A stretch of 37,979 nucleotides of DNA from Planctomycetota bacterium (lineage in GTDB: Bacteria > Planctomycetota > SZUA-567 > H5-PLA8): contig JBBRPR010000077.1 of assembly GCA_038227875.1 (NCBI GenBank), positions 1-37,979 of the forward strand, given 5' to 3'. The notes beneath the pieces were generated by a model. The model was given only the letters and a program-made list of their open reading frames with translations, was not told where the DNA came from and searched no databases. Positions 6,940 to 16,439 of the stretch are shown here, piece by piece. Both the position numbers and the translations under genes were made by a program. How positions within the stretch are numbered: position 1 is the first letter of the stretch; each line of letters opens with the position of its first letter.

Positions 6940-8067
6940 ATGAAAAAGCTCATTTTAAGTTTTGCTGCGATGCTTTGCCTGTGCGGTTCAATCTGTTATG
7001 GCGGCGATCGCGACGCGGCCAAGATCCTTCTCAACTCGGCTGAGAAGAGTCTGAAGGAAGCCGACTATACGACGGCGCAGAGCATGTGTGAGCGCGCGCT
7101 GGCGGAAGACAAGGACTATCCGAAGGCGCACCTGATCATGGGCCAGATTCTCGAAGCGGCCGGCAAGGCCAAGGAAGCGATCACGAGCTACCAGCTCGCT
7201 GCAGACCTTGCGAAAAAAGAAAAGGACTCGGTCACGGAAACGCAGGCGCTCAGCGCCGCCAAGAAACTCGCGCCGGGTTTGCTCGACATCAAGCTCGCCG
7301 ATCAGAAATTGAGCGACAAGCTTGCCGCGCTGGCGACCAATGCAGCCAACGAATCGCAGTTGGATACCGCCAAGTCCGCGTACCAGGCGGTGCTCGCCCT
7401 GAACCCGGCCAACGAAGACGCGAAGAAACATCTCGACGACGTTCAGCACAAGATCGACGCGCGCGGCGATCCGGTGAAGGCCAAGATCGCGGCCGCCGGT
7501 CTCTCGGAAGTCTGGTACCAATTCGGCAACGGAAAGAAGGACGACGCGCGCAAGCTGGCCGAAGAAATCTCGAGCAAGTTTGCGGACACGCCGTTCGGCA
7601 AGGAAGCGGCAAAGCTGGTCGAATGCAATTTCGATCTCTCGAAGACGCTCACGCAGGACATCGCGGAAGCGAAAGTGCAGTTCAAGGAAGCCGCGAAAAA
7701 GCCCACGCCGGTCACGCCGACAACAACATCGACGGCGCCTTCTACTAAATCGCCGCAGGCCGGTGTGGACATCGACGCCGTGGAACGGACCGCGACCGAA
7801 GAAGCCAAGGCGCTGGCGAAAGACAAGATCGTTCCGACATTCCTCGACACCTACACGAAGGGCAAATCGTTCTATACCAAGGCCACTCCCGGATCGGAAG
7901 GCAATCAGAAAAACGTCGCGTCGGCACTGGAACAATTCATCCGCTGCGAAGCGCTGTACATGCGCATCGATCAGGAAAAGCTGATGACGCCGGAAGTCGA
8001 AGACCACGAGAAAGACGCCAGCATGCTCCGCTACGCCTGCATGAAGATGACCATCCTCTCGCACTAG
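6940..8067 (+). CDS. Exported TPR-repeat helical protein
   Basis: Signal peptide; TPR-like helices (AHLIMGQILEAAGKAKEAITSYQLA; YQAVLALNPANEDA); Pro/Thr linker. Confidence 0.8.
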   Translation: MKKLILSFAAMLCLCGSICYGGDRDAAKILLNSAEKSLKEADYTTAQSMCERALAEDKDYPKAHLIMGQILEAAGKAKEAITSYQLAADLAKKEKDSVTETQALSAAKKLAPGLLDIKLADQKLSDKLAALATNAANESQLDTAKSAYQAVLALNPANEDAKKHLDDVQHKIDARGDPVKAKIAAAGLSEVWYQFGNGKKDDARKLAEEISSKFADTPFGKEAAKLVECNFDLSKTLTQDIAEAKVQFKEAAKKPTPVTPTTTSTAPSTKSPQAGVDIDAVERTATEEAKALAKDKIVPTFLDTYTKGKSFYTKATPGSEGNQKNVASALEQFIRCEALYMRIDQEKLMTPEVEDHEKDASMLRYACMKMTILSH

Positions 8068-8077
8068 CGCCGCTTGC

Positions 8078-8102
8078 GGGGCCAGGGGTCAGGGGTCAAG
8101 GG
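8078..8102 (+). repeat. GGGGTCA heptamer tract (also a G-quadruplex motif)
   Basis: GGGGCCA GGGGTCA GGGGTCAA GGG just after the stop at 8067. Confidence 0.65.
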
Positions 8103-8358
8103 TGAGAGATTGGGGATGGTACGGACACTGTCTGCGGTGTTTGCGCGGTCGTGGCGTGACTGCCTACTGCCACTCCCTACCTTCTTGATCCGACCGCGTT
8201 GTGCTGGCTCCCATAGTAGTTTGTACACCCACTTCTGATCTTTCTCGTAACCGATCCGAAAGCGCAAAATTTTCGAAACACGTGACCGCGAATGGCGTCT
8301 ACATGTGAGTCGTATCGCGGCAAGAAATTGAGTCTCTATCCTACGAGGTTAACGCGCC

Positions 8359-9528
8359 ATGCGAAGTCTTCTGTTGTGCCTGATTCTGAGTCTCCTGACG
8401 CTGAACGTCGCGCGTGCCAGTGAAGCCGATGGGCTTGCCTTGGCCGGTGAAGGATACCTGGCCAGCAACAAGGTCGAGAAAGCGAAGGACACCTTCTTCA
8501 AGGCGCTCGTCCACGACGAGAACTGCCCCGTCGCGCTCTACGAGCTGGCCAAGATCTACCAGAAGGAACAGAACACGGCGGCGGCCTCGGACTTCTTCTC
8601 ACGCGCGATTCATCAGATGGAAAACGGTGTCGGAGCTCACCCGGAATTCGCGGGCAAGATCACCGACGCGAAGACGCGCCTGCTGGCCGTGAATCCGTAC
8701 GCCGCGCAGTTCACCGGCGCCATGGAAGATTACGCGCAGGACATCGGCCGCGTCGTCAAGAAGAACAACGACACCATCACCAACGAAGAAGCGTACTCGC
8801 GTGTACAGGTGCTGTGCCTGGCGAGCATCATTCCCGCCAACAAGATGCCCGAGATCACGCGCGCCACGCCGCCGCAGCCGGAGAAGAACTCCCGCACCAG
8901 CAAGCTCACGCAGAACAATAACAATGATGGACCGGTCGTGAATAACGTTCCGCCCGATGTCGAACGCGCGTTGAAAGCGGCCGGCTGGACGTCGATCACC
9001 GGAACGTGGAAGAAGAAGCCCGACGGCACGTTCGAAGTCACGAACGGCAAGCTCGAGGCGCAGAAATTCAACGGCGCCATTCAGCTCTCGATTCTCTCCG
9101 GCAGCAACGGCACCATCTCAGCGTTGGTCCGCAACGACAACAAGGACCCGTATCGCTCCATGGGCAGTGGCACGCCGAGCACCGGGACCTCCACCAGCAG
9201 TGGCTTCGGCAGCCGCTATTCCTTCGCCACCGGTTACGGCGTGATCATCAACAACAACGACTGCAAGGTCTACACGCCGCAAGGCGGCTTCGTCGGCAAC
9301 GAATACTACCCCGGCATGGACCACGCCACGACGCTTCAGTCGGTCCCCAAGCACACCGTCCTGATCACCGTCGCCGACAAGGAAAACGGCAAAGGCACCG
9401 CGCTGGCGATCCAGGTCGACGGCAAAAAAGAAAACAATTCCAACTACAAGCTGAACAAAGACGGCCCGTTCACCATCGAAGTCAAAGGCACGGCGGTGCT
9501 GGAAGATCCGAAGGCCGCGGGGCAGTGA
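8359..9528 (+). CDS. Exported protein with N-terminal TPR and C-terminal beta-rich domain
   Basis: GAGG upstream; signal peptide; TPR (ALYELAKIYQKEQNTAAASDFFSRAI); beta-strand-rich C-terminal half. Confidence 0.8.
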   Translation: MRSLLLCLILSLLTLNVARASEADGLALAGEGYLASNKVEKAKDTFFKALVHDENCPVALYELAKIYQKEQNTAAASDFFSRAIHQMENGVGAHPEFAGKITDAKTRLLAVNPYAAQFTGAMEDYAQDIGRVVKKNNDTITNEEAYSRVQVLCLASIIPANKMPEITRATPPQPEKNSRTSKLTQNNNNDGPVVNNVPPDVERALKAAGWTSITGTWKKKPDGTFEVTNGKLEAQKFNGAIQLSILSGSNGTISALVRNDNKDPYRSMGSGTPSTGTSTSSGFGSRYSFATGYGVIINNNDCKVYTPQGGFVGNEYYPGMDHATTLQSVPKHTVLITVADKENGKGTALAIQVDGKKENNSNYKLNKDGPFTIEVKGTAVLEDPKAAGQ

Positions 9529-9594
9529 TGAACGGAGGCGTTGAAGAACGCCTCAGCGGAATTGGTAAGTGATTCGGACCAGATGTCGTAAAAC

Positions 9595-9625
9595 AAAAGC
9601 GCTTCGCCGACGGCGAAGCGCTTTT
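9595..9625. terminator. Bidirectional intrinsic terminator
   Basis: AAAAGCGCTTCGCC-GAC-GGCGAAGCGCTTTT, a perfect stem between convergent genes. Confidence 0.8.
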
Positions 9626-9628
9626 AAT

Positions 9629-9670
9629 TGACCGATGAAAAATGACCCATGCCCGATGACCAATGACTCC
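9629..9670. repeat. Solo arm of the TGACCAA-heptamer element
   Basis: TGACCGA TGAAAAA TGACCCA TGCCCGA TGACCAA TGACTCC; same unit order as 12451-12492 and 26688-26729. Confidence 0.85.
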
Positions 9671-9672
9671 GT

Positions 9673-12234
9673 TCAGCCCCACGTAATCAAGCTGGGGATG
9701 AACTGCGAGATCAGGTTCTTGTTCTTCGGCAGCACCCGCACCTCATAGCCAAAGCGTCCCGACTGATCGCACGGCAGGATCCCTTCGTACGTGTAGACGT
9801 TGGGTGCTGAGCCGTTGCCGGTGCAGTTGAGCGTCAGGGCGGTGCCGGTGGTCACGGCGCCGAGGTCGGAGACCGGGCCCGTGTAGGCCTGGACGTCCAC
9901 CGAATCCGGGCTGACCGGCCCGAGATGCACGAACGCCTTGACGTTCATGCGATCGCCGACGGCCAGGCCTTCGGAACGGTCGGATTGAACATTTTCGACG
10001 CGGATCTGAGCCCAGCGCTGATAGAGGCTCATCTTCCAGTCCCACATGTCCTTCGCGCCTTTGAAATTATCGGCGTTGAGCGCCTGCCAGGCCTCGCCGG
10101 CGGGGAAGTATTCCTTCTCGTAGTATTCGCGGACCATGCGATGCGTGCTGAACGATCCCGCCGCGGTGACCATCGCCCGCTTCATGCGCCGCACCCATTC
10201 ACGGGGCAAACCTTCGGAGGTCCGGTCGTAGAAGAGCGGTACGATCTGTTTTTCGAGCAGGTCGTAGAGCGCGCGGCTTTCCACGTCGTCCTGGTATTCC
10301 AGATCGGTGTACTCTTCGCCGCGGCCGATGGCCCAGCCGTTCTGTCCGTCGTAGCCTTCGCACCACCAGCCGTCGAGGATCGAGCAGTTCAGCACGCCGT
10401 TGGCGGCGGCCTTCATGCCGGAGGTCCCGGAAGCTTCCAGCGGACGGCGCGGGTTGTTCAGCCAGACGTCGACGCCCTGGACCAGGTAGCGCGCGACAGT
10501 GATGTCGTAGTCTTCCAGGAAGATGATGCGGTTCTTGAAGCGCGAGTCCCGCGACATCTTATAGATCAACTGGATGAACTGCTTGCCGGCGTTGTCCTTC
10601 GGATGCGCCTTTCCGGCATAGAGAATCTGCACCGGGCGGTCGGCATTGGAGAGCAGCGCCGACAGCCGTTCGGGGTCGCGGAAGAGCAGCGTGCCGCGCT
10701 TGTACGTGGCGAAGCGGCGCGCGAAACCGATCGTCAGCGCTTCGGGATCGAGAATGTCTTCGGCCTTCTCGACTTCCTTCGGAGGGGCTCCAGCGCGTGT
10801 GAGCTGATCGCGGACGCGCTGCCGCGACCACGTCACCAGCCGCGAGCGGCGGCGCTGGTGGACGCGCCAGATTTCCGCATCGGGAATCTGGTCCGGTCCC
10901 TTCCAGCTCGGGCCCTGCTGCGCCGCGTCGTACGACCAGCGCTGACCGCAGTAACGCACGAACAGTTCGTTGAGCAGATCGGAGACGTAGGAGCGGATAT
11001 GGCAGCCGTTGGTGATCGACGAGATCGGAACTTCGTGGATCGGCACTTCCGGCCAGACGCCCGCCCACATCTTGCGCGAGACGACGCCGTGCAGTGCCGC
11101 CACGCCGTTGGCCTGCCCGGCGGTGCGCAGCGCCAGGACGGTGAGCGAAAACGTTTCGCTTTCCGCATGCGGATTCTGACGCCCGAGCGCCAGGAACATC
11201 TTGCGGTCGATGCGCAGTCGCGTGTAGAGCTCTCCGAAATACTTGTCCATCAGGTCGATGCCGAAGACTTCGTTGCCCGCCGGCACCGGCGTGTGCGTGG
11301 TGAAGACGTTGCCGGGAATTCCCGCTTCGATGGCCTGGTGGAACGACAGACCCTTTTCGTCCATCAGGATGCGGAAGCGTTCGATCGCCGAAAACGCGGC
11401 GTGGCCTTCGTTCATGTGGACGACTTCAGGTTCGCGGCCCAGCAGGCGCAGCGCGCGCACGCCGCCGACGCCCAGGATCAGTTCCTGCTTGATGCGGTGC
11501 TCATGATCTCCGCCGTAGAGCTGATCGGTGATCACGCGGTCTTCCGGCCGGTTCAGATCGATGCGGGTGTCGAGCAGGTACAGCGGCACGCGGCCGACCT
11601 GGACGCGCCAGATCTGCGCGTACACTTTGCGTCCCGGAAAATCCACGTTGGTGATCAACGGCTTGCCGTCCTTGCCGCGTTCGAGCGTGCAGGGCAGGTT
11701 GTAAAAATCGTTGCCGAACAGGTATTCCTGCTGAAAGCCTTCGTGGTTGAGGTACTGCCGGAAGTAGCCGTTGTGATAGAAAAGTCCGACGCCGACGAGC
11801 GGAATGCCGAGGCCCGACGCGGCTTTCAGATGATCGCCGGCCAGCAGCCCCAGGCCGCCGGAATAGATCGGGAGACATTCGTGAATCCCGAACTCGGCGG
11901 AGAAGTACGCGACGTGGGTCTTCTTCTTGTCCGAGTAGTTTTCCGTATACCAGGTCTTGGCGACCATGTAGGCGTCGAGTTCCTTCTTGACGCGGTCCAT
12001 GTGCGAGAGGAAATCGGCGTCCTTCGCCAGCCCGTTGAGCCGGTCCTGGCTGACGCGGCCGAACATGGCGATCGGATTGTGCGACGACGCTTCCCAGACT
12101 TCCCGGTCGATGCGGACAAACAGATCGCGCGCTTCCTGGTTCCACGTCCACCACAAATTCAACGCGATGTCGCGCAACGAGTTCAGGCGCGTCGGAAACG
12201 ATGGAACAACCGTGTAAGTCCTTACATTGCGCAT
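9673..12234 (-). CDS. glgP: Alpha-glucan (glycogen/starch) phosphorylase
   Basis: NLWWTWN, AYFSAEFG, YSGGLGLLAGDHLK, HMNEGH, FTTHTPVPAG, GFARRFATYKR, EASGTSGMKA (PLP lysine); start placed at MRNVRTY. Confidence 0.95.
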   Translation of the reverse strand: MRNVRTYTVVPSFPTRLNSLRDIALNLWWTWNQEARDLFVRIDREVWEASSHNPIAMFGRVSQDRLNGLAKDADFLSHMDRVKKELDAYMVAKTWYTENYSDKKKTHVAYFSAEFGIHECLPIYSGGLGLLAGDHLKAASGLGIPLVGVGLFYHNGYFRQYLNHEGFQQEYLFGNDFYNLPCTLERGKDGKPLITNVDFPGRKVYAQIWRVQVGRVPLYLLDTRIDLNRPEDRVITDQLYGGDHEHRIKQELILGVGGVRALRLLGREPEVVHMNEGHAAFSAIERFRILMDEKGLSFHQAIEAGIPGNVFTTHTPVPAGNEVFGIDLMDKYFGELYTRLRIDRKMFLALGRQNPHAESETFSLTVLALRTAGQANGVAALHGVVSRKMWAGVWPEVPIHEVPISSITNGCHIRSYVSDLLNELFVRYCGQRWSYDAAQQGPSWKGPDQIPDAEIWRVHQRRRSRLVTWSRQRVRDQLTRAGAPPKEVEKAEDILDPEALTIGFARRFATYKRGTLLFRDPERLSALLSNADRPVQILYAGKAHPKDNAGKQFIQLIYKMSRDSRFKNRIIFLEDYDITVARYLVQGVDVWLNNPRRPLEASGTSGMKAAANGVLNCSILDGWWCEGYDGQNGWAIGRGEEYTDLEYQDDVESRALYDLLEKQIVPLFYDRTSEGLPREWVRRMKRAMVTAAGSFSTHRMVREYYEKEYFPAGEAWQALNADNFKGAKDMWDWKMSLYQRWAQIRVENVQSDRSEGLAVGDRMNVKAFVHLGPVSPDSVDVQAYTGPVSDLGAVTTGTALTLNCTGNGSAPNVYTYEGILPCDQSGRFGYEVRVLPKNKNLISQFIPSLITWG

Positions 12235-12363
12235 GTCCGGTAGGTCCCCAAATTGACAGAGTCGTGTGAATCCCGCGCCCAAGTACGCAAAAACCATGCT
12301 TGGCTTTCAAGGTAGCCAGTACACGTTAAGAGGCGATGACGAAAACGCAAGCCGCGCGAACAG

Positions 12364-12490
12364 AGTCATGGGTCATTGGGCGATGGTCATCGACCATTTT
12401 ACGAGGAGCGTAATGGCAACCCCAAGCGCCTGTCTTCCACTCTGCGTAAATGATAAATGAAAAATGACCGATGCCCAATGACCAACGACT
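12364..12490. mobile_element. MITE-like element with heptamer-built inverted arms, flanked by CAG on both sides
   Basis: Left arm AGTCATGGGTCATTGGGCGATGGTCATCGACCATTTTACG is approximately the reverse complement of right arm CGTAAATGATAAATGAAAAATGACCGATGCCCAATGACCAACGACT. The repeat is directly visible; mobility is inferred. Confidence 0.55.
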
Positions 12491-12543
12491 CAGTTCCCGC
12501 CCCGATTTCTGTGAGCAATGTGATCGAAAATCAAACGCCGCGC

Positions 12544-13635
12544 CTACTCATCGGCGGGTTCCTTGACTTTCTTTTTTTCGTCGACTTTCGGGGGATCTTT
12601 GGCTGGATCTTTGGCAGCGGCGGGGTCTTTGGGTTTGTCGGCGACGGCAACGGGTGCGGCCGGCTTGGCGTTGGGATCGACGACGACGAAGCGTTCCCAC
12701 AGCGTCGACTTTTTATTGTTGGAAGCGTTGCAGGTGACGCCAACGATGTACGCGCCGGCTTTGCTGGGTTTGCCTTTCATCACGCCGTCGGGCGTCAGAT
12801 TCAGCCCGGGAATCGGCGGGCTGGCCAGCACGTACGAATACGGATCCTTGGCGCCGCTGGCGGAGTACTTCGTCTCGTAGGCTTCGCCCAGTTTCAAATC
12901 GGCGCGGTTGCTGACGCTCACGGTCGGCGCGGCCGGATCGTAGGGCTCGTACGGCGGCATCTGATCGCCGGGGATGATCGCGGCCATTTTCTGAGCGGGC
13001 TTCTGGTAGTACAGCATGAGCTTCGGGCGTTGCGCTTCGGTGGCCCATTCATGCGAGCGCACGCGAATTTCGGCCGTGCAGCCTTTCTGCAGCATGATCG
13101 CGACGCCTTCGTTCTTGCCCGGCTGCGCCTGCCACGCTTGCGCGGCGGCAGTGACGTCGAAGTAAATGTCGCGGTTCCCGCCGCCGCCGATCGGACCGAT
13201 GAACGAATACCCAGACGCGGGCTTCGGATCGAAATCGCCGCCGACATGCTGCCAGGTCATCTTGCCGTTGCGGATGTCCCACGTCGCCGACTCTTCCGAC
13301 CACGCCGTGATCAGCGGCTGGCAGCGCAGGTACGCGGAGCGGTTTTCTGAAAATGCAAAGTTCCATGCCGTGAGGCGCAAGACCGCGGATTTAAATCCGG
13401 GCGCGGCACGTTTCAGATCGAATTTGATGATCGCGCGGTTGCCGGTGTCATCGGTTTTGCCGTAGATCTGCATCTCGTCGGCCGAGCCGCGTTTCTGGGC
13501 CTTGCCGGTGTACTCGGAACTCAGCCAGGTATCTTCGGAGGCATCGATTTCCACCGGATCATCAGCCGCGCGCAGTGTTGTCACTGCCAACAGCACCCAC
13601 GCGAGTACCAGTATCGTCCGAACAGTCGCGTTCAT
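12544..13635 (-). CDS. Exported DNRLRE-like domain plus putative Ig (He_PIG-like) domain protein
   Basis: Signal peptide; EDTWLS...RAIIKFDL...SAVLRL...WSEESATW...GGDF...FDVT...RPKL; then ASGAKDPYSY...PGLNLTPDGVMKGKP; GGAGAG upstream. Confidence 0.75.
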   Translation of the reverse strand: MNATVRTILVLAWVLLAVTTLRAADDPVEIDASEDTWLSSEYTGKAQKRGSADEMQIYGKTDDTGNRAIIKFDLKRAAPGFKSAVLRLTAWNFAFSENRSAYLRCQPLITAWSEESATWDIRNGKMTWQHVGGDFDPKPASGYSFIGPIGGGGNRDIYFDVTAAAQAWQAQPGKNEGVAIMLQKGCTAEIRVRSHEWATEAQRPKLMLYYQKPAQKMAAIIPGDQMPPYEPYDPAAPTVSVSNRADLKLGEAYETKYSASGAKDPYSYVLASPPIPGLNLTPDGVMKGKPSKAGAYIVGVTCNASNNKKSTLWERFVVVDPNAKPAAPVAVADKPKDPAAAKDPAKDPPKVDEKKKVKEPADE

Positions 13636-13778
13636 CGTCTCTCCTTACTCAAACCAGGTCAGGAGTTATGTTATCGTAAAAAGTACAAGAGATAAAGAAA
13701 GAAGTTGGCGCCGTATCCCTGTTGCCTCGCGCTGGAGTGTCACTATATTGAGGCACTCCACTCAGGGATGACTTCCCG

Positions 13779-14153
13779 ATGCCATACTCGATTGCCCTAG
13801 TTCCCGATGCTGCGTTCCTGATGATCGAATTCATCGGCGTGATCGAACCCCGAGATCTGGTCCAGATCGCCGGCGAGACGCGTACTTATGAACGCGGCGA
13901 TGTGGTGCCCCATCGGCTCACCGACATCACGCGCGTGGAAAAAATCAGCATCTCCTTCGAAGACATTTTTCGTCTCGCTTCCAACCGCAAGGCGATCACC
14001 TTCAAGAACCCGTTCAAATCCGCGCTTGTCGTGAACACTGACACGCAGTTGGGCTACGCGCGGATGTTTCAAACCTTGAACGACCACCCGCAGATCATGC
14101 TGCAGATCTTCCAGGACTCGGCCGCGGCGCAGGTGTGGATCAAGGAAAATTGA
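13779..14153 (+). CDS. Small STAS/SEC14 (SpoIIAA-like) family protein
   Basis: LTDIT, KSALVV...GYARMF and IFQDSAAAQVWI resemble this family. Confidence 0.6.
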   Translation: MPYSIALVPDAAFLMIEFIGVIEPRDLVQIAGETRTYERGDVVPHRLTDITRVEKISISFEDIFRLASNRKAITFKNPFKSALVVNTDTQLGYARMFQTLNDHPQIMLQIFQDSAAAQVWIKEN

Positions 14154-14360
14154 GTACCACACCGGCACTTTAAATTCCGTAATACAAATCTCTCGGGTAT
14201 TTTTCTCTTTTTTCAGTATCACAAACGCCTGTATACATACGTCACTACCGTGACGCTCGTCGCTCCGTGTTGAATCAAACAGCGGCAAGATACGTCAGCG
14301 TCTCTGTTTTGACGGCCGGCTCGCGTGGACTGGCCGCACTCGTAAACCGTGGAGGATTTC

Positions 14361-14690
14361 ATGAAGAAGTTTGTATGTGCGATTGCTTTTCTGTTGGCAC
14401 TGTCGGCCGCCGCCGTGCGCGCGGAAGACAAACCTGCGATGCCCGCCACACCGGCCGCAGACAAGGAAGTAACGCTGACCGGACAGATTTCCGCCAAGAA
14501 AAAGGACGCTGCAGCCGAGGTCGCCGCCATGTTCAAAGTGGAAGGCGTCACCTATCACCTCGTCGCCAAGGACGACGAAGTGGGCAAGGCGATCAAAGCG
14601 GCGATGAATTCGAAGGCCGACATCAAGGGCACGCTGAAGGGCGACACGATTACCGTCACGTCCTGCGAGAAGAAGACCAACAAGAAGTAA
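14361..14690 (+). CDS. Small exported protein, possible OB-like fold
   Basis: GGAGG before ATG; signal peptide ending AVRA; VTLTGQI...IKGTLKGDTITVTS. Confidence 0.8.
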   Translation: MKKFVCAIAFLLALSAAAVRAEDKPAMPATPAADKEVTLTGQISAKKKDAAAEVAAMFKVEGVTYHLVAKDDEVGKAIKAAMNSKADIKGTLKGDTITVTSCEKKTNKK

Positions 14691-14711
14691 CTTCAATTCT
14701 GTGCTAAGCTC

Positions 14712-14748
14712 AGGGCCAGCGCGTTTTCCGCCGCTGGCCCTTTTTTTT
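14712..14748 (+). terminator. Intrinsic terminator
   Basis: AGGGCCAGCG-N10-CGCTGGCCC followed by T8. Confidence 0.8.
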
Positions 14749-14762
14749 GAAGCGTGTGCGAC

Positions 14763-15803
14763 ATGAACGTCCTCTCCCGCGATCAAGTCCGCAACATCGA
14801 TCGGCTGGCCATCGAACGCTACGGCATTCCCGGCGTGGTCCTGATGGAAAATGCCGGACGCAACGCCAGCGCCGTGATTCTCGAACAGCTCCGCGAACTC
14901 TCCGTGCCGCCCGAAAAGTCGCGCGTGGCGATTCTCTGCGGCGGAGGGAACAACGGCGGCGACGGCTACGTAATCGCCCGCCACCTCCACAACGCCGGCT
15001 GCGTGGTGATGCTCTACGCCGCCAGCGATCCTGCGAAGTTGAGCGGCGATGCCGCGATCAACTACGCGATCATCAAACAGATGAATCTGCCGCTGCGGCG
15101 CATCACCACCGCCGCGGAATTCAACGCCGTCTTCCCGGAACTCGACGACGCGCATCTCCTCGTCGACGCGCTGCTGGGCACCGGCTTCCGCGGCGACGTG
15201 AGGCCGGATCTGGCGGCGATCATCACCTATTGCAATCAACTCCAGGCGAAGGGCAAGCGCGTCGTTGCGATCGACGTGCCCTCGGGATTGGACTGCGACA
15301 CCGGCGCGCCATCGAACGCCACGATTGTCGCGGACGTCACTGTCACATTCGTCGCGGCCAAGCGCGGGTTTCTTGAAGACTCCGCGAAAGAATTTCTCGG
15401 CACGGTGATCGTCGCGGATATCGGTGCGCCGAAAGAATTGATCGGAGTAGTTCAATTTAAGGAGGGATCAGATATTTTGAATGCTCAGGCAATGTTGAAG
15501 CAAGCGTTGCCGTCGCGCATCTCTGTGGCTGACGCCATGATCTTGATGCAGATCATGCTTAACTATGAGGTATTATTTCCGAACAACCGATCCGCCAAAG
15601 GATGCGTACCGGGAGATTATTTTTTCTCTCGAGAAGATTGGGGACACGTCTTTTCACCCTTCGTAGACAACATTGATCCGATCGAATTAAAAACCTCGTA
15701 CGGCGTGCGTGAGCGTTTCTTGCCAACGGATGTTGAACAAGCCACGAAAGAGTGGAAATGGAGGCTCGCCCTCGGCGGTTTTAAAATCAATTTGATCAAG
15801 TAG
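14763..15803 (+). CDS. nnrE: NAD(P)H-hydrate epimerase (YjeF N-terminal domain) with an unrelated ~115-aa C-terminal extension
   Basis: LMENAG, CGGGNNGGDG, VDALLGTG, AIDVPSG, ADVTVTF, ADIG; no dehydratase (NnrD) motifs in the extension. Confidence 0.88.
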   Translation: MNVLSRDQVRNIDRLAIERYGIPGVVLMENAGRNASAVILEQLRELSVPPEKSRVAILCGGGNNGGDGYVIARHLHNAGCVVMLYAASDPAKLSGDAAINYAIIKQMNLPLRRITTAAEFNAVFPELDDAHLLVDALLGTGFRGDVRPDLAAIITYCNQLQAKGKRVVAIDVPSGLDCDTGAPSNATIVADVTVTFVAAKRGFLEDSAKEFLGTVIVADIGAPKELIGVVQFKEGSDILNAQAMLKQALPSRISVADAMILMQIMLNYEVLFPNNRSAKGCVPGDYFFSREDWGHVFSPFVDNIDPIELKTSYGVRERFLPTDVEQATKEWKWRLALGGFKINLIK

Positions 15804-15851
15804 GCACTCTTATCGCGCTCGCTAAAGCACAGGTGTGAACGCCGCTCAATT

Positions 15852-15881
15852 TTGACAATACGCCCATCCATCAGGTATGTT
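15852..15881 (+). promoter_or_regulatory. Putative sigma70 promoter
   Basis: TTGACA-N18-TATGTT, 45 nt upstream of ATG 15927. Confidence 0.45.
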
Positions 15882-15926
15882 GAAGCCGTAAGCGCAACAA
15901 GACACTTCTATCTGGGGGGCACTCTT

Positions 15927-16418
15927 ATGAGCCTCTTACTTGCTTCCAACGCGCCGACCGGCGGTGAACTTATTGGCATCGTTGTCCAAATCATCGTCAT
16001 GGGCATCAGCGTGACATTTTTCATCTTGAGACTCCTGGGCTTTCGCACCGATGCCTATGGCGGCCCGGATGTCGCCGTATCGCATCAGCCCGATCACGTT
16101 CACAAAGGCCTGATGAAAACCGACCGCGATTACCGGCGGCGCATCCACGAAGCGTTCGTCTTCATGGCGCTGGCGATTCTCTGCCTTGTGGCGGCCGGGG
16201 TTCTCAAGGGCGTCGCCGATGCGAAACTGGCCATCTACGTCGCCTGCTGCGGCGTGGGCCTGGAATGGTGGGCCACCGCGACCACCGCGCGGCTGGTCAT
16301 GGCCAAATTCACCGAGACGGTGCAGATGCTTTTCGTCATCGCGTTCACGATGGCGATGCTCCTGGCCGTCATTGTCAGCATCGTCCTTGCCATGCGCCTC
16401 GGCCAAGTCACCGGATGA
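15927..16418 (+). CDS. Hypothetical integral membrane protein (about 4 TM)
   Basis: GGGGGG before ATG; four hydrophobic segments; GC3-rich codons. Confidence 0.7.
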   Translation: MSLLLASNAPTGGELIGIVVQIIVMGISVTFFILRLLGFRTDAYGGPDVAVSHQPDHVHKGLMKTDRDYRRRIHEAFVFMALAILCLVAAGVLKGVADAKLAIYVACCGVGLEWWATATTARLVMAKFTETVQMLFVIAFTMAMLLAVIVSIVLAMRLGQVTG

Positions 16419-16439
16419 AATGGCGCGCGGACAAACCGG

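Noticed and set aside
9925..12243. 772-aa plus-strand ORF (and similar long ORFs at 5206-6522, 6988-8064, 23192-25285, 33145-33999, 34007-35230)
   Set aside because: These are antisense shadows of well-supported genes, expected from high-GC codon bias, and carry no recognisable motifs.
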